Made by a program: the position numbers and the translations under genes. Positions 47,891-63,480 of a stretch of DNA of 64,000 nt are shown one piece after another. This stretch comes from Octopus sinensis (taxonomy: Eukaryota). The stretch covers positions 104,966,001-105,030,000 of the forward strand of contig NC_043002.1 in the NCBI RefSeq assembly GCF_006345805.1. Direction: 5' to 3'. The notes under the pieces were generated by a model. That model was not told the origin of the DNA. It saw nothing but the letters and a program-made list of their open reading frames with translations, and made no database searches. How positions within the stretch are numbered: position 1 is the stretch's first letter; each line of letters opens with the position of its first letter.

Positions 47891-49988
47891 AACACCTTCG
47901 CACTTCGCTGCCAGCAACTTTTCAGTACCAGTATATTCTTCACAATTTCAGTGAATTCTTCGAATGTAAAATTATGGATATTCTAAAGCCAAAATTTATG
48001 TTCTTAAACCTCAGGGCATCCATATATATCTTGCGGCTCATTGTTTGAGGAACAATTTATTAGAATAGGAAATTAGTATTCAAGTAATCAATATTATTCT
48101 GCTTCTTTCAATAAGATACCAATTATAATTATATGCAGCATACGCTTATGAAACAAAAGTCACCGAAAGAAGAAACATTTATTTGGGAAGAACAAAAGTG
48201 AAAACAGAGCAGCATCGTCTAATAAGCATGTTACTGAGATTGCAACGACATAGAAACAACTAGAAGGATGAATTCTGAAATCATGCGGAACGAGAGAGAA
48301 ATAAGACATTTTTTTTTCTTCTGTGGAGACAATGGTTACTAGACAATAGTTACCTGGATTATCCTGATTTTATATTTCGAGTACAAAGTCTTACACTGAC
48401 TCGCAAAATGCAGAAAATTTTAAGCAAGTACATAATCAACAATATAATTTGTTAGTGTGTGTGCAAGTGTGTGTGTGTGTGCAAGTGTGTGTGTGTGTGT
48501 GTGTGTGTAAATGTGTTTGCGCGTGCGCAAAGAAGTATAAAGCATCGAAACAAAGACTGACTAAATACGGAAGGGAGTGTTTGAGGGATAGTGCCTGTTT
48601 ATTTAATCGTTAATATTGTTTAATATAAAATATTAATATGACATCTACACCAGTTTCCACTGAAAATCCTGCCAATTTTACTTGCTGCTATAAGGTCGAA
48701 TGCATCGTATCAATGAATCCTTCAGCTGCCAAATATAGACCAAACAAATTCGATTTATGTCATATTATTAATGCAATTATTAATATCGTTGCTACTATTT
48801 ATGGCCATGGTTTAGCAAAATAGAACAACGGAATATTTGTTTTGCGGCATCTAAACTCTCTCGCCATACAATCAGCCTTTCAAACACCAACGTAGTGATT
48901 TGTAATCTTCATCCTTCCGGAGACGATAACGTAAAAAGCACCAGTCAATTATAGGCGACTTTAACCTTTCTCTGTATGAATGGGGATCTTATAATTATTT
49001 TAGACATAATTTGTGTTCATATTTAGCACACTGATCACCCACGATCGAGTCCATTGTAAGATGAACGATGTAACATGACAATTCCGTAAAATTTTCGCAT
49101 AAATTAGCGAATGGGTGCCTTCGTTACACAGGTTGAAATAACCCATATTTCTATTTGTTGTGATTCCTTCTACTCAGAGTTGAAAATCCCTAGAGCAACC
49201 ATTTTTTTTTTCTTGCTTAATCCGAGCACAGAGCATTGGACTGAAGTAAATTGTAGATGTTGGGCAAGTTGACTAGCATCATCTGTAGTTCTTTACGTTC
49301 TCACTTAAAATACTTCTGACTTTAATCCTTCAGGCTCTAATAAAAGAAACGTAACAGTAAAGAGGATTCTTTTGGAGAAAGTTTTAGAACATTTCACAGA
49401 ATACATTGCAATATTTATTTTGGTATTCATTGCGATATTCACTTCATACATCTTTGTAGTCCTCGCCATCAGCAGAGGCACTAGGCACATTCTGGGGTTC
49501 AAAAACACCATTAGTGGAATGACTATATTTCTGCCAAAATGCCCGTACATCTTTCTTTTCCTTCCTCTTTATTTCTCTTTCTCTATCTCTCCCTCTCGCT
49601 CTTTCTCTCTCTTGTACACACACACAATATGTTTACGGGTTTGTGTGTGTAAGTGTATATGGAGTTGTGTGTGTGTGTATGTGTGTGTATGTATGTGTGT
49701 GCACGTGTGTGTATGTGTGTGTCTGTGTGTGTTCACTAAATAAAACAGCTTTAAGGTAGTATTCACATACAATGTATCAAGAATTTTGGGGAATTTTATA
49801 TCCGGTTCCTTTTCTAAATCTTGGCTGTTCTTTTATAGATTTGCATGCCTGATCATTAACCTATCATTAACTGACCATTAACTGACGATACTCAACAGAT
49901 ACCTGTTCCATATTAAGTTTTATTTTTATTGATGCAGGCAACAGAACAGCAAATAGAGGCTCTGAAAACGATGCCTTGCGCTGTGTAC

Positions 49989-50101
49989 CATGATACCAGC
50001 GGCCGTTGGGTTTAAACTGTCCTTGAGTTAAAATTTTACTTTCGTACTTGAAGGTCCTTTTGTGCTGTCCGAATACTGCAGTGAATTCAATCGAAAAGCT
50101 C
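49989..50101 (-). CDS. Candidate internal exon (SFSIEFTAVFGQHKRTFKYESKILTQGQFKPNGRWYH)
   Basis: Protein-like open frame between AAG|G (or the alternative CAG acceptor in ttcactgcag) and the donor catg|gtacac. No family recognised. Confidence 0.25.
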
Positions 50102-52526
50102 CTTTGCCAAAATTATATGAAAATAAAAAATATATTTTTCTATTGCTCAATATTTTACTTGCAGTAGTTTTCGACTTATAGAATTTATGTATTGATTCTT
50201 GTTTAAAGTTCAAAGTCATTTATGTAGGTGACATGCTTTATAGTTTCTTTTTATATAATGTATAAGTAATGGCGATTTTGTTTTTTCGTGGAATTAGACG
50301 GAAATATTGGTATGAAATGAAACTTTTTCAATTTAAATCCTTATGTTTATCAACTAGTATCCAGCAGTAGTTTTGAAATCCTCCGTTTTTTTCTCAACGA
50401 AGAGGTTGATGGAACAGCGAGGTTTTTGCCAATAATCTATCTCTTATCAAATATCCAACTGTGTAGCAAGTTATCATTTTATTCATTTATTTATTATTTA
50501 CTAAAATCAATGATTAATTTTCATTATTTTTTCCGGTATTCACTAAATGCTTGATTTACCAATAGCTGTTCATTGTAGCCATCCATTTCTTTCTAAATCC
50601 ATATCAGATTTCCATCTACTGTAATACAGTATTATCTTACAGATGATAAACAGATCAACAGACATATTGTAGAGTATGTATAGAATGTCTTCATTATATA
50701 ATTTTATTGTAAAATAACTATTTAGATGCTATTTTTTGAGATTCCTAGCGTACTCCTTTCCGCAAATAAACATTGTTTTGTTTTATAGTAACCTGTCGTT
50801 TGTTGAATTCTCGTGTGTTGAGAAATTCATTAAATTCTGCGGCAGCAGAATTTATGTATGCAGCGGATACGTTCTTAAACTGGAAATCGGTTCTTCGGTC
50901 ATTTCTAGGTTAATAGCAGTACTGATTGTGTTGATAAAGCTTCTAGTAGTTATGCTCGGTTAACCTGTAGGGTTATTATTGATTTATCTTTCCTTATCCA
51001 TTGTGCATATTTTGGTTCCATATATTCCCCTAATATCATAGATGTTTTATTGTTGTTAGTGAAGATTCCGCTATGATGTTTCATTTATTTTTGTGTTTTA
51101 TTATCTTTTTGGCGTCTCACTGAAATTGTTTTAGTATTTTGTTTCAGGTACGTGATTTTGATGCAAGAACCACTCACGTCTTTCAAATCGTTTTATCCAG
51201 CCTATATTTGCCAGCGTGAGTTGTTTTAATTTTTTCTTTCACTTCGATAATCTCTCCTCTTTATCCAATACTGCATTTCCTGAATGGTTATTCGTTTTTC
51301 ATTTCTTTTCCTTATTAGCTGTCTCCGTTTCTATTTCACTGAAAATGGTTAGGCTTTTTATTGTATTGTATATATATTTCCACTGGAATTTTTTTTTTCT
51401 TGTGCCTGGGGGGAAAATTGACTTACGCTATGAGCTTTGAGTCAAGTTTTACTCGCAAATACCATGGTTACTGAATAAATTAAGTTCCGGTTCTGTGTCA
51501 AGAACGGCTCTTTACAGACAACAACAACAACAACAATACATTACGTCGAGGGCTTGGATTTATTTCAGTATTATTTAGTAGAGTTGTTTGATTATTCTTC
51601 GCTTGGCAAGGTGTTTCGTTCATCAATAGTGATTGATCTTTTAATAGTCACTTCTCCTTCCATTTTGTTTATTACTTCATCATTGTTTACTCTGCTTATT
51701 CTCGTGTCATGTTTGTTTTTATTTCAATTATTTCTTTTCAGAGGAGACCAGAATATATTCTGTGTTGTGGCTAGGTATTCATTCCAAAGCTCCTATCTGC
51801 GGGGACCTTTCATAGTTATTATCCTCCTTAATGTGTTTGTATTTTCTCCCTGTGTCTATTCAGCTCGTGGATTTTTTCTGACTCCATGGTGTAATTTGAA
51901 TCAGGTTTTCTAGAGACATTCACTCGATTTCTTGTCATTTTTGTCGTAAGCTGTATCTCTAGTTTTTTTTTTCTTTTAGGCATTTTATATCTGGTGTATT
52001 CTGGTGAATCCATCTTTTCATTCGTTTACGTGAGTTTGCATTGTTTTTTTATGAATTCTAATTATTCTCGTATTTTTTTATTCTCTAGTGATACTAAATT
52101 AATTCTTAAATATTTTTTCTTGATCAATAAACAGTAGTTCCTCCTCTCATCGGTGAATTTATGTTCAACTTTCAGCTTATATCTTTTCAATTGCCCTCAA
52201 GTGTTTCATTCTGACCAAGCGATCGAAGTTATTTTCAATTCTTATAGACGATATGCGAGACGAAGGACATCGTTTTATGTCCCATTTTCAGCTTACATCT
52301 TCGTTGCTAATAAGGATCTTCCTTTGCTCTATGGCTCACAGAAATTACGGTTACACTGTTTTTCCAACATGATCATATGGAATTCACTCTGCAACATCTC
52401 ATTCTCTGGAATGACAGGTTCTATAGTTAAGTAGGGCTGAACTGGGCAGTTTTGGTGCAGAGCCTTCGTTAGCATTATTTACTACACGACAAAAATATAT
52501 TTTTAAGTTCAGGAACAATGAGTACA

Positions 52527-52613
<87 letters not shown>

Positions 52614-52727
52614 TCTCTGTCATTATTCAGTTTTATTTCAAGATTTCTTGCCAATAGAGAAGAGTCGGTTTCTAACCTATAAGCCTTCGTTGGAACTTCA
52701 ACATCAACAACAGGGTATTTTCGTATG

Positions 52728-52847
<120 letters not shown>

Positions 52848-53252
52848 GACATGTATGTATATATGTATATATGAAGATTTCTATGTTTTGTATTATGTAT
52901 GTATTCTCATTTTTTTTTGCGTATCTAGACATGTTCATATATACTTAAATGATAATCTACTGGACAGTTGTACAGATATTTACAGTTCCAGTGATGGCTT
53001 GAATCTATAGTCTTCGAATCAGCTTTCTCCTTTCTGGTTTCGAGATTAATATTCAGGCAATAAATTACATATTGCAATGATCCCATAATTACAGGTAAAA
53101 ACTTGAACTTGTAGTTTGAATAGATTAAATGTAGATTCCCGAATGGTTCAGCGTAGATATTTCCTTTTTCGCTAATCTTTAGCGTTATGTTAACATACAC
53201 TGGATATCTGATTCCATAACTGTACACAGTTTCTCTTCTTTGTCTCAAATTA

Positions 53253-53775
53253 TTGGGTTGGCAACTAAGTTACCGCATTTTTTTTTTAATTTTAAAATTT
53301 ATTGAGTTAATAACTTTTGGAATCTTTTCTTTTTCGAGAATTCTATTTTTGAATCATTTTGGGGTTTTTCTAGTTAATTTTAGTAAATTTTTGTTTTTTT
53401 TCAGATCATTAAAATGGAATGTCAATTTAAGAAAAACGAGCACTTTCGATACCGCCTTCTGTGGCTTCTACTCAATGTTCTAAGGGTGCAAAAGCTGCTC
53501 ACGACATTTGTGCTGTGTATGGAGATGGTGCCATAGCTGAAAGAAGCACTCGCAATTGGTATGCCAAGTTCAAAGATGGCCATCCAGTTGAGTGCGATGA
53601 AGAGCAATTAAACCAACTTTTTCACGAAAATCCTCGTCAAACGACAAGGGAACTGGCAGAGAAAATGGAAAGCCTTCACGCTGCTATGGAGAAGCATCTT
53701 CACTCGATGGGAAGGGTTCAGAAATATGGAGCATTGGTTCCGCATGCTTTAAGTGGCAACAACAAAAATTTATGA
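53253..53775 (+). mobile_element. Mariner transposon 5' remnant (third family)
   Basis: TA|ttgggttggcaactaagt left end. AAHDICAVYGDGAIAERSTRNWYAKFKDG...ENPRQTTRELA...GALVPHALS. Confidence 0.85.
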
Positions 53776-54469
53776 ACCAATATCTAATTCTTAAGGTATC
53801 TTTTGATATTGTTGTTGTTGTTGTTATTATTATTATTATTATTATTAAGGTCACTACTTGGAATCGAACTCGGAATCCTGTGGTTAGTATCTATTAAATT
53901 TCTGTTCTTAACTATAACACTTTGCCTGGGCCGACAAATATAATCCGACGCCATAATCAAACTTAAATGACGCTGTGCATAAACGGGAGTAGGTTTCAAG
54001 GACTTTTATTAGAAATATGCAGGCACCTTCATATACAATTTTTATATCTAATTGCAATTTTTAAGAATATTGAGCTAGTTTATTTGTTTATAACAATCAA
54101 GATATTCCAAAATGTAATTGCGGTGGCATTCTGTGAACCTTTTTAGATAAGTTGTAATATTTCATTCATGTGGATATATCATAAAACATTGATTGGATTT
54201 TAATTTTATGAACGGATAGGAAAAGTGTCAGAGAAAATAACGAAAAAGATATCAGAATCAGGTAATATATTACTTACCATAATAAAAGAAGTAATTTTTC
54301 ACATAATTTCGCATTTTCACGCTGTGAAATTTAAGACATATACTTAGTCACTGACCTTTCTCTTCGGGGAAAAGAAATACTGATATGCAAGTATACGCGA
54401 AGCAAAACATACACACAAAACACATTTATAAATATGTTTGCATCTGAACATGTATGTCTACGTGCATAT

Positions 54470-54900
<431 letters not shown>

Positions 54901-55676
54901 TGCTGTTGGTATTATATTTTTTCTATGTAGCATTGTCACAAGACATCGGAATATAATGTGACCGAGTAACCGTTTTTTTTCTGGACAGACTGACACAATT
55001 TTCAGATATCGCAAATCAATTCGTTCTGACAATATTTCAAATCTCAATTTATGCCTAATTGGAAGAAATTTTATCGATAAACAGTTTTAAGGCAAGATGA
55101 CGGAGAAAGAAATCTGTAAACTAAGAAACAATATGTGAAAATAAATATAAACGAGTAAAAAACAGAAACAACTATTGAAAGTGTATATGTGTCTTTCGAC
55201 AACTATAGAGATTCGTACGTGTACAAACACATATACATTTGTATCCGTATATATGTGTGTGTGTGTATGTGTGACTGAGTGTGTGAGAGAGAGAGTGTGT
55301 GAGTGCGTATGTGTGCGCATGCGCATGTGTGTGCAAGTGCATGAGAGGTTGTATTGAAATCAAATATCGAAAATCTACAGAAAAATTACAATAATCCTGG
55401 TGTAGGTACGCTTGTAGATATTCATATGCATATATAAATGTATAGAAATATATAATTTAAATACAAATGCATACATGCTCATGACTTTACACGCACACAC
55501 ACACATACACACATACACACATATATATATATGTATGTATATATGTATGTATATATATATTACGTACGTATGTATATATGTATTCCCACACGTAAAACCC
55601 ATTTATATGCATAAAGAATTTTGTGTTTATATAGAAATATATGTTTGTGTGTGTGTACTTACATACATAAGTACAT

Positions 55677-55711
<35 letters not shown>

Positions 55712-56019
55712 AAGTAACTTATCAGTGTTTCTGTGCGGTGTGTCTTCGATCTTAGTTCATCAACAATTTGTTTGACAAATGTCAGAACTTGAGAATGAAT
55801 TCAAGTCCGACAAAGAAACGTATTTATCGGTTCGGTCTAATAATAATATAGTGATATCTGCTTTTAAATAATATAGTGATATCTGCTTTTAAATGTTCTT
55901 CGCAGATGTAAAGTCGTCTTTGCCTTCAATCTTTTACAAAAGTGTACATGGTTTACACTTTGGTTGAATATGGTAGATCGCATATTCTTTAAATAAGGTG
56001 CATGGAAGATCATTTAAAT

Positions 56020-56250
56020 GGTAGGCGAGCTGGCAGAGACGTTAGCAAGCCAGGCGAAGTGCTTCGCAGTATTTCGCCCGTCGCTACGTTCTGAGTTCGA
56101 ATTCCGCCGAGGTCAACTTTGCCTTTCATCCTTTCGCGGTCGATAAATTAAGTACCAGTTACGCACTGGGGTCGATGTAATCGACTTAATCCGTTTGTCT
56201 GTCCTTGTTTGTCCCCTCTATGTTTAGCCCCTTGTGGTTAATAAAGAAAC
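56020..56250 (+). mobile_element. tRNA-derived SINE, family C, near full length
   Basis: ggtaggcgagctggcagagacgttagcaagccaggcgaagtgc...ctgagttcgaattccgccgagg...cactggggtcgatgtaatcgacttaatcc (A/B boxes). Confidence 0.8.
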
Positions 56251-57255
56251 AAATAAATTCGATCGTCTATCGAGTGTGATCAAAAATAATCAATCATCGG
56301 CATTATTCATCATCTTTAATGAATTCAAAAACGTGTCGTGTCCTCTAATTTCAGGATAGAATTCAGCCAACACCGACCCCCTGCCAGGAAAGCAACGGAC
56401 AAAACTATAATTGTTTCCTCCCCCCCCCCCACACTTCATGTATGAATATTACGTACAATATATCTAAAACTATTACCAGTAAACAGTTTTCTACTAAAAA
56501 GTAGCATCTGAAAATTATCCTCAAGAATAAGAGTATTTCGTGCAAATTTGTTGTATAAAGACATCATGTCAGTCGCGAATGTCTTGTTTCTGCAGAGTTG
56601 TTAACGCTGATGAACCGCTCGCAATGCTGATGGCACAGTCATAGGATCACGTGTCATTCAGTCGAGAACATCGTGTTTATTCCTAATTGTGGTGATTGCA
56701 AAACCTCGTTATTTATTAAGTTCCTTTTCAACTGGAGAGAATGTAATGTAAATGGTTTTTTTTATGTTAGATGTAAAAGTCCGGGAGTGGCCTTCCCTTT
56801 GTCCAGTTTAATTTCATTGCATGTATCTAGAACCATATTGCTGCTTGTGACGGTTTATTTCTAAACAACAAAGCAGGTGATTCAGTGTGATTAGCTTGCT
56901 ATTTCATGCAGATCGAGCTTACTCATACAACATGCTGTGATGTTGTATTCAAAGTATGACTATGCCATTATTACAGCAAGTAAATCAATTGTGTGCGTGT
57001 CTTTAAGTATATGTAACTGTATGTATGTCTGTACCTGAGTCCAAATGACCTAGGTTTCTGTGAGGAGCCTACGAAACACTAAGTTGCATGAAACTGAATC
57101 AAACTGTTTTAAATGATAATATATGTAACTCCTAAATGGGAAGAGTGCCACTTGTGCCTCTTTCTTTGCTGTGTCCACTCACCCGCCTTTAAGTATACAT
57201 ACATACATATATACATACATACATACATACATACATACATACATACATACACACA

Positions 57256-57369
<114 letters not shown>

Positions 57370-57374
57370 CATAT

Positions 57375-57503
57375 ATTCCTTTTCGTTGAAGAGCAGTGTC
57401 TTGAAACGCAAAATACTTTCTCGCTTTCCCGAGCGTTAAACTAATACACCTCCTTGTTGTTCATACACCTGTCTTCATCTTCTGTTTTCCTGTAAATTTC
57501 GAC

Positions 57504-57510
<7 letters not shown>
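57375..57510 (+). mobile_element. Degraded copy of the short hammerhead-like repeat at 26445-26660
   Basis: ttgaagagcagtgtcttgaaacgcaaaatactttc...gagcg.ta.actaataca...cacctg.ctt..tcttctgttt aligns with the minus strand of 26445-26590. Confidence 0.55.
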
Positions 57511-57586
<76 letters not shown>

Positions 57587-58349
57587 GTGTGTGTATATAT
57601 ATTATATTATATTATATATATAAATAAATATTTATGTATACATATATACTTATATACGAATATGCTGAAACATGTATATATATACGTGTATGCATGTATG
57701 TACAAATATGTATATATATACATATATGTATATAGTACATGGATATTTAGTACATGTATACATGTACGCGTATGTGTCTGTATGTATGGATGAGCTGTTC
57801 CTCTTCTCCGCGAGATATTTCTGCCAGCGTTCATGCCTCAAAGTATTCTGGTGCTACGAATTTGTATTCACGTGAATTAAAACAACGTGAAAAACATGCC
57901 TCAATTATTATACATCAGAGAGAAAGTAGAGTATGGTTAACATAATTTATCCCGCAATTTTTTTTCTTAATATTAGATCATTTTTATTATATTTTCAGCG
58001 TTAGATTATCGTCATGTTTAATATTGAAAAGAGTAGGAGTCATGCTTTTGACGTCATCCGGTCGACTAGTCTTCGTTTCATTCTACACATGGATTGTCTT
58101 ATCTAAGAATAGAGTCTCTTTCTTTAATTTCGTAAGCATTCATGGTATTTATTTACTCATTGTCGTTCGTTTCTTATTCAAAATTTTCGCGTACAGAAGC
58201 TTATTCAAAACTATAGCATGAAGTCTTATGAATGGAGTCATTGCATCAATTCCTAAAAATATGTTCTGTCTTGGCGGAGTCGGTATCGTTAATTACATTT
58301 TTGCCAAAATTCCAAATATTCATTATATCTATGTGGTGCTTTTTTTAAA

Positions 58350-58708
58350 GTGGAGGCGCAATGGCCCAGTGGTTAGGGCAGCGAACTCGCGGTCGGAGGA
58401 TCGCGGTTTCGATTCCCAGACCGGGCGTTGTGTGTTTATTGAGCGAAAACACCTAAAGCTCCATGAGGCTCCGGCAGGGTGTGGTGGTGTTCCCTGCTGT
58501 ACTCTTTCACCACAACTTTCTCTTACTTCCTGTTTCTGTTGTACCTTGTCACTCTCTGTGTCACGCTGAATGTCCCCGAGAACTACGTTAAGGGTGCACA
58601 TGTCTGTGGAGTGCTCAGCCACTTACACGTTAATTTCACGAGCAGGCTGTTTCGTTGATTCGGATCAACCGGAACCCTCATCATCGTAACCGATGGAGTG
58701 CTTCCATC
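58350..58708 (+). mobile_element. tRNA-derived SINE, family B, with small internal deletions
   Basis: gtggaggcgcaatggcccagtggttagggcagcg...ggatcgcggtttcgattcccagacc...gtaaccgatggagtgcttcca. Confidence 0.88.
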
Positions 58709-59834
58709 CATATATATAACGTATATGTGTGTGTGTATGCATGTATATATATAGATATGTATGCATATATATATATATATAAATACATGTATGTATGCAT
58801 CTATTCAAGGCAGATCTGATATTTTTCTGCGCTAGATGCTTTTTCCTAAATGCAGTCATTTTCAACCTATCCATTCACGCTCATTCACCAACCATCTGCT
58901 TCACAATGCTGCCATCATAACTTTATTATTATAATTTTTCTTGAAGAATCCCTCTTAAATGCTTCCGTTAATATTGTTTTAATTCTTTCGAGTTCTGTAT
59001 TCGAACAGCTGATTTTGGACTAAATATATATATATATATATATTTGTTTTTCTTTTTGGGGGCCGATTTTTACATCAACCTACGATGCCACAATCAGTTA
59101 CATCGCTACACATTAAAACATTGAAATTCGAGGAAGATTCATACTGGCGATGATTCAAACACGTTTCAGTTGGTAGAAACCATATACGATTTAATTTCCA
59201 CTGACTCAGTATATCAAAAAAATTGCTTGCTAATGATCGCCTCATTCACAAATCGTATATTGTACATTACAGCTAATGGATAGTGCTTGATGTAAATGTT
59301 ATGCAGTATAACATTCAACGATAGTTAAGATCAACTTTCAAGTTTAACCTGAAATACTTTTACCTTGCCTGGTTTGATCTGTCGACCTTCAGGTTCTAAT
59401 TTCATTTCTATAACTATATAGAAGCCATTTCTAAACCTCGTCAATAACATCAACGTCGTTCTCCTCATTGTTGAATTTGTGTCGCTGCCACTAGTCGTTT
59501 CTCTCTTTCTTTCTCCTCATCATCACTATCATCATCATCAACATCGTCCTGGTTGGTTTAATTAAAATAATTGTTGAGGTTGTCGCCGGTATGGTAAATG
59601 TCGTCGTTGTTAGTTCTACCAGATTAACTATATTTTACTGCTAATAGCGATGTATACTCGGTATGAATGTAGGCATCGATTATTTGAACCGAAAAATGTG
59701 TGGTTTTGAAATGCTTCTGTAAACATACGACAAAGCATTGTACTATATACCTTACGTCATGTATATAAGTGCGCACAAAATCAGATAACTAACAACGTAC
59801 GTACACAGGTGTGGTGTGTGTGTGTATACGTATA

Positions 59835-59887
<53 letters not shown>

Positions 59888-60146
59888 GGTATATATATAT
59901 TTAGTGCGTGCGTATATACATGTATATATATACATCTGTATATATATATATATATATATGCACAAATGAATATATGTATATATGTGTGTGTACATACATA
60001 GATTACTATCAATTAAACTTACCTATCTTGCTATCTCTCTGCCTCTCCGCCCCCCCCCTTCTTCCATTCTTTCTCTATCACTCTCACTCTCTCTCTATAT
60101 ATATATACATATATATGTATATATATATATACATATATATATATAT

Positions 60147-60193
<47 letters not shown>

Positions 60194-61129
60194 GAATCTT
60201 TCATACATATATATTGACGTAGGTAACTACGATATATTATGCAAGCAGAAACTAGCATGTACGTATGTACATGGCGAAATGCATTCAAAATATGTTCACA
60301 ATAGGTTATTCATGTAAAAAAAATCATATCATGAAGCTTGTAAACAAAATATACACACACATTTTTGCATTCACACACACATACCCCTAAACACCCATTC
60401 ATCTATGCGCAAGCACACATATACACACACGTACTCATATACACATATGCATTCACACACACATACATAGGCAGAGACACACGCAAACATATATCTAGAG
60501 AGAGAGAGAGAGAGAGAGAGAGCCGTAGATATTTTCTGAACATTAGAGCTATCATTTTTAACGAGATAAATCTATCTGTATATCAGAAAATCTCTGTTTA
60601 CTTTAATGTCTCTTTACTTGTCTCGGGGTTGGCTTTAAGAAAATAACAAAGCTTCTACTCCGTGTCAAAAGTGTTTTATGCATGATGTATGTGTACGATA
60701 TCTGTGAGTGTGATTTTTTATGTATATTTACAGAGGTACACCGATATATAAGTGTGGGGGGGTATGTATGTATCAGTGAGTGAGTCAGTGTGTGTCTGTG
60801 TGTGTGTGTATGCATGTGTACATATATATTCAGGTTTGTATACACACTGCAGACGATAATGTTATGCATATACATGCATGTGTGTGTACCTATATGTACA
60901 TATATATATATATATATATATACAAGTATGTATATATATTTATACATATGCATATATATAATTTTATATGTATACATATATATACATATATACATACACA
61001 TATATAGAGAGAGATAGAGAGGAGGAGAGGGAGCGAGAGAGAAGAGAGAGAGACGATTGGTATGTGTACATACATAGATGGAGATAACAGACACGTAAAT
61101 ACGTAATAATATATATATATCGGAAGAAC

Positions 61130-61176
<47 letters not shown>

Positions 61177-61177
61177 G

Positions 61178-61231
<54 letters not shown>

Positions 61232-61248
61232 CAGACAGATAGACAGAC

Positions 61249-61289
<41 letters not shown>

Positions 61290-61293
<4 letters not shown>

Positions 61294-61845
61294 TGTTTCC
61301 TTATTAGCCACACAGGGCTGCACACAGATAGAACAAATTACAAGGTAGAGCTTTTCTTTTGAAGGTATTAAAAAAAAAAAAAAAAAAAAGGAAGGGGGAG
61401 GTTCGATCAAAAGGGATCGTAAAAGGAGAGAAAGGGGACAAAAATAAGGGGGGTTAAAAAAAAAAAAAAAAAAAAAAAGGGGGTTAAAAAAAAAAAAAAG
61501 GGGGGGGGGAGAGGAAAAAAAAATGATCAATAGGGATCGTTATCACAGAAATGTCAATATGAAGTGTAAAGGGGAGGACAGGTGAGGTTTACCGTGGAAA
61601 GAAAAGCCTGCGGAAAATACCACGGTAACCTCGGTCAATGAAGTCACATTTTATATTTCTTTTTTTTTTTTTTTTTTTTTTTTGCAAATAAGCAACTCTC
61701 TGTTTTCGATTTCTGGGTTCATAGGACTATGCTCAAGGTGGCTTCGTCATTCATACGTGCCATTCTTGCTACATTCACCCATCTTTTTTTAAAACATTCG
61801 CTAGACAAAACTTGCCTCTCTACTCTCACTTTCCTTTTCAAGTGG

Positions 61846-61850
<5 letters not shown>
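61290..61850. repeat. Copy of the dispersed repeat also seen at 1-350, with expanded A/G/T homopolymers
   Basis: Shared blocks noted above. Confidence 0.65.
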
Positions 61851-61877
<27 letters not shown>

Positions 61878-61882
61878 CAGAC

Positions 61883-61965
<83 letters not shown>

Positions 61966-62022
61966 CAGACAGATAGATAGAGAGGTAGATAGATAGATAG
62001 ATAGATAGACTGACAGACAGAC

Positions 62023-62093
<71 letters not shown>

Positions 62094-62113
62094 CAGACAG
62101 ATAGATATATATG

Positions 62114-62145
<32 letters not shown>

Positions 62146-62158
62146 CTGACAGACAGAC

Positions 62159-62201
<43 letters not shown>

Positions 62202-62258
62202 CAGACAGATAGATAGATAGGTAGATAGATAGATAGATAGATAGACTGACAGACAGAC

Positions 62259-62297
<39 letters not shown>

Positions 62298-62302
62298 CAG
62301 AC

Positions 62303-62397
<95 letters not shown>

Positions 62398-62398
62398 C
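61848..62398. repeat. About 550-bp (GATA)n/(GACA)n array
   Basis: Seen directly. Explains the LSIY-repeat ORFs. Confidence 0.95.
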
Positions 62399-63437
62399 TG
62401 GCGTGCAGGCAGAAACACGGACAGACAATCAGACGTGCAGACACGTAGACAGCGAGGTTGACAGCGAAAAATGTGTGGTGGTGGTGGTGGGAATTTTTGA
62501 TTTCATAAAAAAGTTCATTGTCTATGTATTGACAGAATTATGGCTTTCTTTTTTTCTTTTGACAATATGCTGGAAAATAAGACCGAATACAGAACACACG
62601 TTATCTTCAATTTTGTTCCATTTTAGAATTAATAGAAGCTTTGCAAATTTCTAAATTGTAGAGCTTATTCCGTGCAGTATTATAAATGTCTGCAATTCTA
62701 GAAGGTTAAATTCACTCAAATAATTACGTAAGCATTTAACTCTATCTCCTTCCGTACACACACACACACACACACGCACACACACACACACACAAAACAC
62801 ACACACACACACGCACGCACACATACATACATACATCCATGTATGTATGTGTGTAAATACATAAGTATATACATGTATATTTGCATGTGTACGTAGGCTT
62901 GCTTCGCTATATAATTTGTCTACATGTCCGCTTTACACTTAGAAACCTCAAATCACTCCCCCACAATTCCATTTTATTTATCAAGCGCCATCAAGAAGCG
63001 GAGATGTGTACTATGATATTTGTTTCGAAAATGATCATTGAATTCTTCCTCAAAGCACACCCTGCTGTTGTCGGTCAAAGAGTGGGATGTAGACGAAGGA
63101 AACCGAAATGTGATAGTTTCATAATATTTCGTAACCCTCCTCTTCTCCTACTTTCTTTACTTGTCTCTTGTATGAGGGAATGAAGATAATTGGGACATGA
63201 GAACATGAGAACATAAACGGACTGAAATAGGCAAAATAATTCAGGCAGCAGAGTAATGATATGATGATAGTGGCAATATTTTTTTGTTACATCAAACTCT
63301 CCTTCCTTCATCAGTCTCTTTCTTATAATTTACTCCGTTTTCATCCCCCTCTCTCACCCTTGAATAGGGGAATGAGCGAGAGAGAGAGAGAGAGGTGAGG
63401 CAGAAAGACAAAGACAGACAGAAAGTGACACACATTG

Positions 63438-63480
<43 letters not shown>

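Noticed and set aside
50700-52200. Possible coding region with hydrophobic plus-strand ORFs
   Set aside because: The A-rich minus strand has scattered stops and looks like an old LINE remnant. No diagnostic motif could be confirmed, so it is not annotated.
61375-61530. Poly-F/poly-P ORF start and long A/G homopolymers
   Set aside because: Homopolymer expansion inside a dispersed repeat, possibly inflated by sequencing error.
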